Below are positions 47,078 through 55,762 of a DNA stretch of 64,000 nt, in pieces (position 1 is the stretch's first letter; each line of letters begins with the position of its first letter). The notes under the pieces are model-generated. The model saw only the letters and a list, made by a program, of their open reading frames with translations. It made no database searches and was not told the DNA's origin. The position numbers and the translations under genes were made by a program. Location: the IMG/VR virus record IMGVR_UViG_3300021167_000376; one strand, given 5' to 3'. Source of the DNA: an uncultured virus (IMG/VR IMGVR_UViG_3300021167_000376). Taxonomy: Duplodnaviria; Heunggongvirae; Uroviricota; Caudoviricetes.

Positions 47078-47280
47078 ACAATGTCCGCGTCATACTTTTC
47101 TTGATCGATTGGCTTGAGGCCGCCCGCCTGGTTGACCAGGTCTACGGTTGTCCAAGGCCCCTTCCTTCCGAGGAATATTCGTATTCCTTCCCCGCGCAAC
47201 GCCTTCTCCACGTCAGCACGCCGCGTATATCCGGTGATGCGTTGCAACTCCTCAAACTCTATGACTCTAGCTGCGCTCAT
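47074..47280 (-). CDS. Excisionase-like protein (DUF4224-type)
   Basis: IEFEELQRITGYTRRADVEKAL...GPWTTVDLVNQAGGL. Confidence 0.7.
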   Translation of the reverse strand: MSAARVIEFEELQRITGYTRRADVEKALRGEGIRIFLGRKGPWTTVDLVNQAGGLKPIDQEKYDADIV

Positions 47281-47504
47281 GTCTGCCCGCCTTCGTGTCG
47301 CGACACGTTTTCGTCATCATTGGATGGTGTCGCGACACTGCCACCCTCGACCATTGCCGCGCGTGACTCCTGCCAAGCCTCCCATCTATCCGTTGCCAGC
47401 TTCCAGCCTGCCTCACCGACGTACGTGTTTTGGACAGAGTGCCAAAACACGCCAGGCGGCAGCGGGAAGCGCCTCTCAAATTGCTCGCGCATTTTGTCAG
47501 TCAT
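47277..47504 (-). CDS. Hypothetical phage protein
   Basis: MTDKMREQFE...WEAWQESRAA. Confidence 0.6.
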   Translation of the reverse strand: MTDKMREQFERRFPLPPGVFWHSVQNTYVGEAGWKLATDRWEAWQESRAAMVEGGSVATPSNDDENVSRHEGGQT

Positions 47505-47664
47505 CGTTTCCACCGCGCTGGAAGTGGTCGGCCAGCACGCGGCGCGCGTCGATGCCGCAGGAAGCCGACATTGCATAGATCTGGCCGAATGTGGTTTCCC
47601 GGCGCTGCAGGGCATTGAACAGGTCGATCAGGCGCTGGCCCTTGGTTCCGTTGCGGCGGCTCAT
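47497..47664 (-). CDS. 55-aa hypothetical protein (absent from the ORF track)
   Basis: MSRRNGTKGQRLIDLFNALQRRETTFGQIYAMSASCGIDARRVLADHF...; coupled to neighbours. Confidence 0.55.
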   Translation of the reverse strand: MSRRNGTKGQRLIDLFNALQRRETTFGQIYAMSASCGIDARRVLADHFQRGGNDD

Positions 47665-47984
47665 AGCTGGAATCTCTCGTCATCCCTGCGGGCGACGGGG
47701 GTGCTCGCTGGGGTTGGCTCGTCAGCGGCGCTGTTTGAAACCGAAGATGGCTGGCGCAGCTGGTTGTCCGGCAAGCAGCTGATCCCGGTGTTGCTCAAGA
47801 TCCAGCAGGTGACGCCTCGGGCGCTGTCGTGCTGGACATCGATCATCTGCTCGTCGGCGGTGGCCTGGCTAACGATCAGCATCATGACGAAAGCGGTCAA
47901 AACCCTCATGGATTTAGGGCATGCTAATTTTTTCGACCGTGAATGTAGGTCCATTAACAGGCCTCCTATGGTGGTGGTCTTCAT
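47661..47984 (-). CDS. Putative exported hypothetical protein
   Basis: Signal-like stretch, then HDSARGVTCWI...GISCLPD. Confidence 0.55.
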   Translation of the reverse strand: MKTTTIGGLLMDLHSRSKKLACPKSMRVLTAFVMMLIVSQATADEQMIDVQHDSARGVTCWILSNTGISCLPDNQLRQPSSVSNSAADEPTPASTPVARRDDERFQL

Positions 47985-48715
47985 GCCCGAGCCTCCCCTG
48001 CGATCATCGCCAGCTTGGCCAGCAGGTCATCGGTGCGCCCATAGAAGCGGCCGGTGTCCTCGTTGATGAACTGACCCAGTACCTCGGCCACGGCCGGGCT
48101 CGCAGTCAATCCGCCCAGGTCGCAAACTGCTACGTTCGTAGCAATATCGGTCGAGGGCTCATGCACGAATGCGCCAGCCTTGATCTGCAGCACCTTTACC
48201 GGCCGGATACCGTTGCAGCCGCTGACCCAGTTGGTATCCGGCACCGCCCACGGGTACATACTCATCAGCCAGGCCGTAGCAGCGTTCTCTTTCTGGGTGC
48301 TGGACCAATACTGATGGGAGCCACGGAACGCCTGCGGCGCGGCCTCACACATGCGGTGATTCCAATCTGGCAGCTGGAGCAGATTACCCCGCATCAGGTT
48401 CAGCTCTTCAATGCTCGGGATATGCCAGCCCCAGGTGCCCCGGATGTTCATGCCCAGCACCTTGGTTGCGATGGTGCTGCCCTCGGCGCTCATGGCCAGG
48501 GTGTTCGCCATTCCATCAAAGCGGTGCGTTGCTCCACGGATGCGTGGGCGCGGGCCTTCGTGGTCCCACCAGTGGGCGGCGGTCTCGAATTCCCGACCTG
48601 CATCGATCAGCGCGAACTCGGCGCCGTCGAAGTAGATCCGTCCAGCGTAGAAGCCGCCGGCGAACGGCTGGCCGATGGCTGGCAGGGCGACGGGTGATAT
48701 TTGGCGGCGCTTCAT
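47981..48715 (-). CDS. DUF1566-like protein
   Basis: PAIGQPFAGGFYAG, DGMANT, WHIPSIEEL, YWSSTQ, IRPVK. Confidence 0.75.
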   Translation of the reverse strand: MKRRQISPVALPAIGQPFAGGFYAGRIYFDGAEFALIDAGREFETAAHWWDHEGPRPRIRGATHRFDGMANTLAMSAEGSTIATKVLGMNIRGTWGWHIPSIEELNLMRGNLLQLPDWNHRMCEAAPQAFRGSHQYWSSTQKENAATAWLMSMYPWAVPDTNWVSGCNGIRPVKVLQIKAGAFVHEPSTDIATNVAVCDLGGLTASPAVAEVLGQFINEDTGRFYGRTDDLLAKLAMIAGEARA

Positions 48716-49389
48716 GGGTGCAACTCCTCCAGGCGGGCCAGACGCATTTCATCGTCGACGTTCTTGTCCAGGTCGTGGCCGAAGAACACAGCGTCGTCAC
48801 GCGCAACGCACAAAGCGGTATCGATATCGGTGACTCGGTTCCGGTCGCGCAGCCACTCATAGCGCTTGGAATTAGCTGCCATCCGCACGCGGTCATCGAT
48901 GTGCATCGAATCGGTATCTACCGGAATTCCGGTAGTTGAACTCGGCGCCCCGAAGACCTCGGCAGACTTCACTTTGTCGAGCAGATCCCAGACCGCATCC
49001 ATAGCTTCGTCGTGCTCTTCCCACATTTGTTCGGTCGGCTCGCCGCCGTGACCAACAACAGCATTCAGCCCGCCGACCTTAACGTTGATGCGATGCAGAA
49101 GGTCGAACATTTCCTTGGCGTGGGCGGCGATGTGCGCAGGCGCGCCCATGGCTTCCTGGTGCAGATTGCACTGGATAGTGCGGTCGTCGCGCTCTTGGCC
49201 CAACACCGCCTGCAAGTCTTCGTAGCTGGCACCGGCTATCACCGCCATGCCGCGACCGATCGCGACGGGCATACCCAGGCTTACGAACTGGCAGATGTGT
49301 TCGAGCGTTGATCCTTCCTGCGCTTTCAGCACGATAGTGATGCGCTCTGGCGTCGACGGGAGGGTGACTGCGGATTCTATGACGCTCAT
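48712..49389 (-). CDS. Hypothetical phage protein
   Basis: 225-aa coupled ORF; RYEWLRD motif. Confidence 0.65.
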   Translation of the reverse strand: MSVIESAVTLPSTPERITIVLKAQEGSTLEHICQFVSLGMPVAIGRGMAVIAGASYEDLQAVLGQERDDRTIQCNLHQEAMGAPAHIAAHAKEMFDLLHRINVKVGGLNAVVGHGGEPTEQMWEEHDEAMDAVWDLLDKVKSAEVFGAPSSTTGIPVDTDSMHIDDRVRMAANSKRYEWLRDRNRVTDIDTALCVARDDAVFFGHDLDKNVDDEMRLARLEELHP

Positions 49390-49718
49390 GCGGACATCTC
49401 CGACTCAACCTTCGTTGCTTTGATCGCATTGATCACCATAAAGAACGACACCAGGAAACATGATGCTGCGAGAGCTGGGTGCCCGCTGACGATCAGCGCA
49501 TAAACCTGCAGACCTGTGGATAGCACGCTGATCCATGCATGGTTCAGGAGCTTTTTGGCGACGTCTCCTTTGATCAGGCCTGACAGAACGCCGATCCAGG
49601 CAAGTACGGTCATCACCATCAGCACGTAGAACGCAAAATCCTGCGCGGGGGCTGGCCCAAGAATCAGGCACAGGCTCAGTACAAGGCTGATCCATGCCGA
49701 TATCAGTTTCTGTTTCAT
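49386..49718 (-). CDS. Membrane protein (~4 TM)
   Basis: Hydrophobic 110-aa ORF. Confidence 0.65.
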   Translation of the reverse strand: MKQKLISAWISLVLSLCLILGPAPAQDFAFYVLMVMTVLAWIGVLSGLIKGDVAKKLLNHAWISVLSTGLQVYALIVSGHPALAASCFLVSFFMVINAIKATKVESEMSA

Positions 49719-49766
49719 GCGGAACTCCAGTGCGGCCTAAGCCGCAGAAGCAATTGAAGGATTGAA

Positions 49767-50363
49767 TTACTGAAGGATTCTGCGGACAGGGCGCGCGAGC
49801 CGCTCGTGGTCCTTGCCGAAGACGTTGAGCCAGCCATCTTCAAAGCCCATGGCGTAGGCGAAGTTGGCGGAGCGCTGCGTGCTGCTGATGTACCAGTCCT
49901 TCTCGAACGACTCAGGCAGGTACAGGTAGCCGTGATGCAGTTCGCCAGATGAGGGCAGATAGAAGTCGTTGTGCCCGTCGCAGGTGTAGCCATATGCAGC
50001 TTCGGCGGCCGGGTGAGAACCGTCGCGATTCACCAAGATGGCGGTGTTCTCGCGCCCGTCGATGTTGCTGGTGGCTTCGACGTTGGTACCGTACTCACCA
50101 TAGCTGTGCCGGCCCACGTCCTTAGCGGCAAAGATGATGTGGCACAAGCCTTCAGGGTAATGGCGCAGACCGCCGTAGAGCCCGCCCTGGCCCGGCCAGT
50201 AGTCGCCGATGGCTGGCGGGGTGAGTGAATCCGGTGCGAACTTCTTGAGCGCCTCGGTGAATTGATCTTTTACGCTTGGCACGGTGGAAACGGTCGGTGC
50301 TTCGGCCTCCAAAATATTGACCGTCAGGTTCAGGGTTCTGATGTTGAGCAGTGGTGCTTTCAT
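49767..50363 (-). CDS. DUF1566-like protein
   Basis: PAIGDYWPGQGGLYGG, DGRENT, FYLPSSGEL, SSTQ, ARPVRR. Confidence 0.75.
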   Translation of the reverse strand: MKAPLLNIRTLNLTVNILEAEAPTVSTVPSVKDQFTEALKKFAPDSLTPPAIGDYWPGQGGLYGGLRHYPEGLCHIIFAAKDVGRHSYGEYGTNVEATSNIDGRENTAILVNRDGSHPAAEAAYGYTCDGHNDFYLPSSGELHHGYLYLPESFEKDWYISSTQRSANFAYAMGFEDGWLNVFGKDHERLARPVRRILQ

Positions 50364-50421
50364 GAGTGTCTCCTGGCAGACGCCCCAGATTTGGGGCATC
50401 TGCGGCTGGTGGTCTGGATGC

Positions 50422-50856
50422 TTACAGGTGGTCTTTCAAGTTGAGACCAAGCAGCTTGGCGCTACGCTCGAGGGCGGTCAGTTCGGCCGGTTCGATCTCG
50501 CCGTCGGCCTCGGCTACGGTGAGCATCACGTTGAGTACGGTCAGCGCTTCGGCCGGGGAGTGAGCCAGGTCGCCAAGCTCTTTCTCGGCGTTCTGCCGCA
50601 GGATGCGAGCCCCTGACTTGAAGTCGGTTTTGGCGCGGTCGATGGTGTTGGAAAGCTCCGCGCCGAAGCCTTGCAGTGCCGGGTTGTTGCTGAGGATGGT
50701 CTCGATCTTGGAGAGTTCGCTTTCTTCCAGGTCGCCGTCAGCAGCGGCCACGTAGATCGATCCGTAAACGACCGCCTCCATCAGGTCGCGGTTGGCCAGC
50801 TTGGCTACCGCTGCGCGAGCCTGACCGGTTTTCTTGCCGAAAATTTTGCCGAACAT
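50422..50856 (-). CDS. TerB-family protein
   Basis: VAAADGDLEESE...VAEADGEIEPAE duplicated ADG..E motifs. Confidence 0.8.
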   Translation of the reverse strand: MFGKIFGKKTGQARAAVAKLANRDLMEAVVYGSIYVAAADGDLEESELSKIETILSNNPALQGFGAELSNTIDRAKTDFKSGARILRQNAEKELGDLAHSPAEALTVLNVMLTVAEADGEIEPAELTALERSAKLLGLNLKDHL

Positions 50857-50858
50857 GG

Positions 50859-51104
50859 TTATTTCCTTTCGTGGGTTGTGGCCGATTGGCCGGGTTTTGG
50901 TGTGGTGATGTGGAGGTACAGGCAGCCGGTGGCGATCAGCCAAACGGCGGTGCCGAAGAAGCCACCGACGACATCGAGGTCGGAGCTGCTGCTGATCAGG
51001 TCGCGGGCAGCGAATAGCAGCCAGCCGGCGGAAGCGCTGATATAGATCAGGATCGACATCAGCACCTTGAACAACTGGAACGGGGTGATCGGTTTACGAG
51101 ACAT
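50859..51104 (-). CDS. Two-TM membrane protein
   Basis: Hydrophobic ORF immediately upstream of the terB-like gene. Confidence 0.6.
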   Translation of the reverse strand: MSRKPITPFQLFKVLMSILIYISASAGWLLFAARDLISSSSDLDVVGGFFGTAVWLIATGCLYLHITTPKPGQSATTHERK

Positions 51105-51167
51105 TCACTTTCTCCAGGCCGAACGATTCCCGGCCGCGTTGTTGGCTTTCGCAAAAATCAGGTTGGG

Positions 51168-51485
51168 TTAGGCGATAAAGACGCCCTGGAACTGGTCGCT
51201 GTCTTCTTGATGCTGCGGCTCGGGGTTAGGAGCAATTACACCCGCCACCTTGATCAAGCCAAGCGAGAACGCTTTCGCTACAAGAGCTGCGCGGCGAGTG
51301 ACGCCAAGTTTCGTAGTCAGCGACAAGAGGCGCTTGTCCACGGTGTCTGGCGATACGCCCAGGTCGCGGGCCGCTTCTTTCGAGGTCTGTCCAGACGCCA
51401 CCGCCATCAAGCACTGAAGCTCGCGCGGAGCTGCCCCGCGGCCCAAAAAGCCGGTGAAGCCTGCGAAGTTGATGGTGGTGGTCAT
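51168..51485 (-). CDS. LuxR-type HTH protein, first gene of the leftward early operon
   Basis: PRELQCL..VASGQTSKEAARDLGVSPDTV...KLGV..RAALVAKA. Confidence 0.8.
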   Translation of the reverse strand: MTTTINFAGFTGFLGRGAAPRELQCLMAVASGQTSKEAARDLGVSPDTVDKRLLSLTTKLGVTRRAALVAKAFSLGLIKVAGVIAPNPEPQHQEDSDQFQGVFIA

Positions 51486-51517
51486 TCTGATAGCTCCATG
51501 CGGGTTGCGATGGAGTG

Positions 51518-51560
51518 AATATAGGGCAGCCTTTATTGCGCTGTCAACAGGTATGCCTTT
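51518..51560 (-). promoter_or_regulatory. pL promoter with two repressor operators
   Basis: TTGACA (51542-51547) -18- TATATT on the minus strand; AGG-N4-CCTTT at 51521-51534 and 51547-51560. Confidence 0.7.
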
Positions 51561-51610
51561 ATTTTTAAGCAGTCTCCACACGATCCCTAACTTTGGGTAC
51601 GCTATCGTTT

Positions 51611-51630
51611 TGCTGTATGTACATACAGTT
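51611..51630. promoter_or_regulatory. LexA (SOS) box
   Basis: CTGTATGTACATACAG (51613-51628). Confidence 0.8.
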
Positions 51631-51639
51631 GTTCGGGAG

Positions 51640-51966
51640 ATGATTATGGCGAAGGCAAAACGACAAGTAGCCCCAGCAGTCCGGAAGGCAATGAGTGGTG
51701 TGGAGCGCCTGGGCTTGAGGGTTTCCTCGATGATCAACCATCCTACTGCTCAGCATCAGCGCTGGGTCACGATCCATCGCCTTGATACGGACGGCGATCG
51801 AGAATGGGATGAGGTCATGGGGCGGCTTTCCGAAACAGACGATATCGAAATGACCTTCAATGATGAGGAAGAGTCTGTGACGCTCAGGTGGGAGGCGCCA
51901 TCGGAAGATGACCGGCCAGTTGAGGCGGCGGATTTTGAGGTGCTTGAAGAGCTCGCGCCTTTCTGA
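51640..51966 (+). CDS. DUF1654-like protein
   Basis: ERLGLRVSSMINHP.AQ.QRWVTIHRLDTD...W; downstream of the LexA box. Confidence 0.7.
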   Translation: MIMAKAKRQVAPAVRKAMSGVERLGLRVSSMINHPTAQHQRWVTIHRLDTDGDREWDEVMGRLSETDDIEMTFNDEEESVTLRWEAPSEDDRPVEAADFEVLEELAPF

Positions 51967-52036
51967 TGAATGTTGGTCTGGCTAAATTTTTCTGTACGCG
52001 TGACTTTAGCAGTGCTTTAATCGTCTCATTAGCAAA

Positions 52037-52065
52037 GGGAAGGTCCAAGTGATTGAACCTTTCCC
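52037..52065 (-). terminator. Hairpin, possible terminator of the cI-DUF3800-RNA transcript
   Basis: Minus strand GGGAAAGGTTCAA-TCAC-TTGGACCTTCCC-TTT. Confidence 0.45.
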
Positions 52066-52076
52066 CAGCTTCACTC

Positions 52077-52149
52077 TAAATGGGTTGCGACTACGCGGCC
52101 GGCGCTAGGCCCCTGAGACTTTGACTCAGGGGCCTTTCGCTTTTTTGGG
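52077..52149 (-). ncRNA. Putative DUF3800-associated structured RNA
   Basis: Directly after the stop: AAAAAAGCGAAAGGCCCCTGAG-TCAAAGT-CTCAGGGGCCTAGCGCCGGCCGCG-TAGT-CGCAACCCATTT. Confidence 0.55.
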
Positions 52150-52860
52150 TCAGGGGAAAACCTTCTTCCCGTATCGGCCTATCTTCTTTTTCAAGATATC
52201 GTAAGCTCGATTTGGCTGATTTGGACGTAGGACCGACAGCCCTATAGGTCTAGCTGTCAGGTCCGCAAGCTGGAGCCCTACAGAGTTCGTTTTCTTGTCC
52301 GCGATGCAAATTTCAAACGGATATTTCTTCGCTCCCCAGTTCGCGCCGTCACATACGCGCCTGAAGGCTAGCTCGAGGTCGGCATCTTCTTTGCCACCAC
52401 GAGCCTCAAATACAAAGTGCGTTTCTTTTTGGTGATCGCCAAGACCAAGCAGGTGCTTGTAGATACGCTCCAGCCCAAACTGCATGGCTAAATGGTAGGG
52501 GTGTTCCGGTTCGGCATAGCGGGCTTTATGGCGTTTCTTCTCTATGACGACGGCAAAGATGTCGAACTCGCTCTCGTCCATGATTTGCGAAAGGCGATCA
52601 AGGAGGTCCTCCCTTTCTTCCTTGCCCATCTTCGAAAATCGTCCTTTTTTCCTGACGATTTCTGATTCATGAAAAACCACATGGTCGTGGCCAAAAAGGT
52701 CGAACTTCAGTCGATTCACTTTTGGCGATAGCGCGTCTATGTACTCGTCTTTATGAATCAGGCAGAAAGTCAGGGCGAAGATCGGATAATTTTCATCAAT
52801 CGACTCGAGGCTGTGGTCTCCGCTTTCGTCAACAAATACCACCCAGTCACTTCGGCCCAT
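52150..52860 (-). CDS. DUF3800-family protein (RNase H-like acidic catalytic motifs)
   Basis: VFVDESGDH at the N-terminus; FHESEI; FEARG; GLQLADL at the C-terminus. Confidence 0.8.
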   Translation of the reverse strand: MGRSDWVVFVDESGDHSLESIDENYPIFALTFCLIHKDEYIDALSPKVNRLKFDLFGHDHVVFHESEIVRKKGRFSKMGKEEREDLLDRLSQIMDESEFDIFAVVIEKKRHKARYAEPEHPYHLAMQFGLERIYKHLLGLGDHQKETHFVFEARGGKEDADLELAFRRVCDGANWGAKKYPFEICIADKKTNSVGLQLADLTARPIGLSVLRPNQPNRAYDILKKKIGRYGKKVFP

Positions 52861-52872
52861 CTATGCAACTCC

Positions 52873-53691
52873 TCACGCCTTCCTGGCATTCCATATCAAA
52901 AGCACCTTGGCATGGATTGTCACGTCTTCCATCCGCGCCTGCTGGTTCTCATAGTGCTTGCTGTCTGAGATCAGCCGGAAGTGATCCGCGTCCATGACCT
53001 GAATTCGTTTGATGTAGAGCAGTCCATGCCAGGACATTACGTAGATGCCATCTCCAATGAACTCATTAACGCCACGGTCAACAATCACGGGGTCTTTGTC
53101 GTTGATTGTGCCTTCCATGCTCTGACCCCAGCCAGTTATCACCGCCAGCGCCGTGAGCGACGTGTAGGTGACACCTTTCTCACGGAGAACATCCTCGCGC
53201 ACCACAAGGTTTCGAATGGCTTCGTTGTAGTCAGCCGGAACCTGGCCATGCCCCATGGCGGCCCTGATGTCGTACTGCGGAATGAGCACCTCGTCAGGGC
53301 GGACCTTCAGAGCCTGCACTTCGGCGGGCATGATCGAGACCTGGCCAGTAGACGCATCATTCACAGCGGCAAGAATTTTACTGCGAGCCTCTTCTGGCAG
53401 CCCTTTGCCAATTCTCGCCAGCATTGATCTGACTTGGTCCGCCGAGCTCATTTGGGCCTCTTCCTGAGCGTGAGCGCGCTCGCCAACATCTGGTGAGCCA
53501 ACGCCCTCAGCTAGCCATAGAGGATCTACGCCGCAAACCGTGGCGATCTTCACGAGATAAGCGCTCGTTCGGGAAAGGCCACGCTCAATCTCAGACACGG
53601 ATGCCTGCTTGATGCCGGCTCTTTCGGCGAGTTCAGACTGAGTTAATTCAGCCCTTTTTCGAGCGTATTTGAGGCGATCTTTAAGTTCCAT
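52873..53691 (-). CDS. cI: CI-like repressor (HTH + S24 peptidase)
   Basis: LTQSELAERAGIKQASVSEIERG; GQSMEGTI...LYIKRI. Confidence 0.92.
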   Translation of the reverse strand: MELKDRLKYARKRAELTQSELAERAGIKQASVSEIERGLSRTSAYLVKIATVCGVDPLWLAEGVGSPDVGERAHAQEEAQMSSADQVRSMLARIGKGLPEEARSKILAAVNDASTGQVSIMPAEVQALKVRPDEVLIPQYDIRAAMGHGQVPADYNEAIRNLVVREDVLREKGVTYTSLTALAVITGWGQSMEGTINDKDPVIVDRGVNEFIGDGIYVMSWHGLLYIKRIQVMDADHFRLISDSKHYENQQARMEDVTIHAKVLLIWNARKA

Positions 53692-53704
53692 AGCGACTCA
53701 ATTT

Positions 53705-53766
53705 AATGGTTTACCTTTTAGCTTGCAAAAAGGAGTGCCTTTAAAATAAAGTAAAGGCATACCTCT
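53705..53766. promoter_or_regulatory. OR region: three operators at 24-bp spacing
   Basis: AATGGTTTACCTTT 53705, AAAGGAGTGCCTTT 53729, AAAGGCATACCTCT 53753; same consensus as the OL sites. Confidence 0.7.
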
Positions 53767-53781
53767 ATTAGGTCGTGCGAG

Positions 53782-54081
53782 ATGGCGAATGTATTTCGAG
53801 AGCTGACCACCTTCTTCGGGGGGCAGGTCGCTATGGCAAAAGCGCTAGGTGTAACCCAGGGAACCGTCAGCGGATGGGTCAGGGGCGTTCATGGCTGTTC
53901 AGCCGAAATCGCCTTTCTGATTGAGCGGACAACAGGCGGGAAGTTTTTGGCATCCCGGCTGCGACCATCGCTGGCAAGCGCCTCGCCAACCTTGAATCAA
54001 ACGATACGCCAGGCCTCATCGAATGTTCAGTCCGTTGATGATGCTGTGAATCCATCCAGTACAGAAAGGTGTGTCGCGTAG
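53782..54081 (+). CDS. cro: Cro-like repressor
   Basis: FGGQVAMAKALGVTQGTVSGWVRG...IERTTGG...LRP. Confidence 0.85.
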   Translation: MANVFRELTTFFGGQVAMAKALGVTQGTVSGWVRGVHGCSAEIAFLIERTTGGKFLASRLRPSLASASPTLNQTIRQASSNVQSVDDAVNPSSTERCVA

Positions 54082-54264
54082 TGCTCACGCAGACCACTGA
54101 ACACTATCGCCAGCGCATCGTCTGGCCTTGCATTCCCGGAGATCGTGCTATGCGCGCCCAAGCATCTATTCCGCCCGCCCGCCCAGGGTAGGGCGAAGCC
54201 CTCGTTGAGAGGGTGCGTAAATTTGTGACGTGGAACGATGGGTTGGACCTGAAAGACACGCACA

Positions 54265-54294
54265 AAAAAGCCCGCTGTTGGAGGCGGGCTTCTT
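54265..54294. terminator. Bidirectional-type terminator (tR1-like)
   Basis: AAAAAAGCCCGC-TGTTGGAG-GCGGGCTTCTT. Confidence 0.6.
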
Positions 54295-54348
54295 AATCGT
54301 CACTTGGTTGGACAAGTGATTCGGTACTTCTTCGTTCTGGAGAACGAT

Positions 54349-54741
54349 ATGTCACACCCAGAAAATACCACCGGACTTAACCGGGCGCAACACCCAGATC
54401 AGGCTGACCATATGCCGGACTCGCCTCTTGTCGCCATTGTGCCCAAGGATGAGCAGCGCACTGTCGTGGCGCTGCTCATCGCCGAACGTGACCATACTTC
54501 AACCTGGTGGACGATCCTCAACGAAATGCGTTGCCGCAAACTGCTGCCTGACTGGGCCCTAAAGATGGAGGCGGGCAGTCATCCTTCCTACGATAAATGG
54601 GACGCTGACTGCCGCGCTTTAAACTTAGCTCTGCTCGCTTACAAAGGTCACCTTAACGCTTTGGAGCATCCGTGCAGTAAGTTCGCGCCACAAAACGCGC
54701 AATCCGAAAACGTGGCGCGGGATTCGGAGGTGCAGCCATGA
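54349..54741 (+). CDS. Hypothetical phage protein
   Basis: ORF with a GGAG RBS. Confidence 0.55.
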   Translation: MSHPENTTGLNRAQHPDQADHMPDSPLVAIVPKDEQRTVVALLIAERDHTSTWWTILNEMRCRKLLPDWALKMEAGSHPSYDKWDADCRALNLALLAYKGHLNALEHPCSKFAPQNAQSENVARDSEVQP

Positions 54742-55049
54742 ACGCCGCCGTTTCAGTTATCAACCCTGTCGAAGGCGAGGTACTGCGCGATGCAGTACTT
54801 GAGCCCCGCGACATGTGCTCGATGAATTTCGCAAGGGATGAATTCAACAAACTCGCCGCACTTGTGTTGGGTCAGATCGTTCCTGCCCTGGGCGGTTATC
54901 ACAACAGCGAACTGGCTTGCGACCTTAGCCGGCATGTCGAGCAGGTGCGTCTGTTCAGCATGAACTTCTGCTGGCCGCATCGCCACTTGGGTGCGTCCTT
55001 CGGCGTGGTTGGCAAGCGTCCAGGGATTGATGTCGAGGTGCGGCCATGA
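54738..55049 (+). CDS. Hypothetical phage protein
   Basis: GGAGG RBS; ATGA coupling. Confidence 0.6.
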   Translation: MNAAVSVINPVEGEVLRDAVLEPRDMCSMNFARDEFNKLAALVLGQIVPALGGYHNSELACDLSRHVEQVRLFSMNFCWPHRHLGASFGVVGKRPGIDVEVRP

Positions 55050-55762
55050 AAACCGAAACGACACTTCGACTAACCCGCAGCCAATATCGCACTTTCGCCG
55101 AACAGGTTAAGCAGGCCGGTTGCGCGCTCAGCCTTTCGACCTTTCGCGCTCTTGGTAACTGCTGGGGGATCTTCGACCCTCGCGCCAAGCTCGTCTGCCT
55201 GGATGTTTCAGCAGATGAGCCTGGCTTCGCTGAAGTCTGCGGCATTCAACTGTCGACCAGCGTGGATGCTGGGCGGCTGCGCAGTAATCAGCGTCCTGAG
55301 ATCGACTGGTCGGCGCTCGAGGACCACGAAATTTATCCATTTATCGTTGCTCATGAGATCGGGCACCGCGTGGATAACTTCTGCTACTGGGACACGGCTC
55401 GTATCGATGACCAACAGGTGCGCACCCGCTGCGAAAGTGTAATCCGCAGCATCAACGAAGTTTTGGCTGATCGATATGCCTGGAGCCAGATCCGCCCGGG
55501 CGAACCTGTCCCATTGTGTGAGCTCGGGAAAACCCTCGAGGAGGAAGTCGCCGCCGATATCGCGTTGATGGACAAGTATATGCCCAGGGTACGGCGTCAG
55601 CCTCGCGCACTTCCTGCGGGCCGCTATCTCCACATTCCTGAAAAGATGCTCATGAGTGACGTGCATGTTTCTTTTATCGGAACCGGCGTCTCCGCTGCGG
55701 CAATTGAATCTGCTCGACGGCCACGAACCTACCGCCGCGACTCTCGTTCGGGGGCTTACTGA
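55046..55762 (+). CDS. HEXXH metallopeptidase-like protein
   Basis: FIVAHEIGH...NEVLADRYA. Confidence 0.6.
   Translation: MKTETTLRLTRSQYRTFAEQVKQAGCALSLSTFRALGNCWGIFDPRAKLVCLDVSADEPGFAEVCGIQLSTSVDAGRLRSNQRPEIDWSALEDHEIYPFIVAHEIGHRVDNFCYWDTARIDDQQVRTRCESVIRSINEVLADRYAWSQIRPGEPVPLCELGKTLEEEVAADIALMDKYMPRVRRQPRALPAGRYLHIPEKMLMSDVHVSFIGTGVSAAAIESARRPRTYRRDSRSGAY

Noticed and set aside
47981..50363. Diversity-generating retroelement targeting the two DUF1566-like genes
   Set aside because: No reverse transcriptase and no TR/VR pair differing at adenines was seen in the window.
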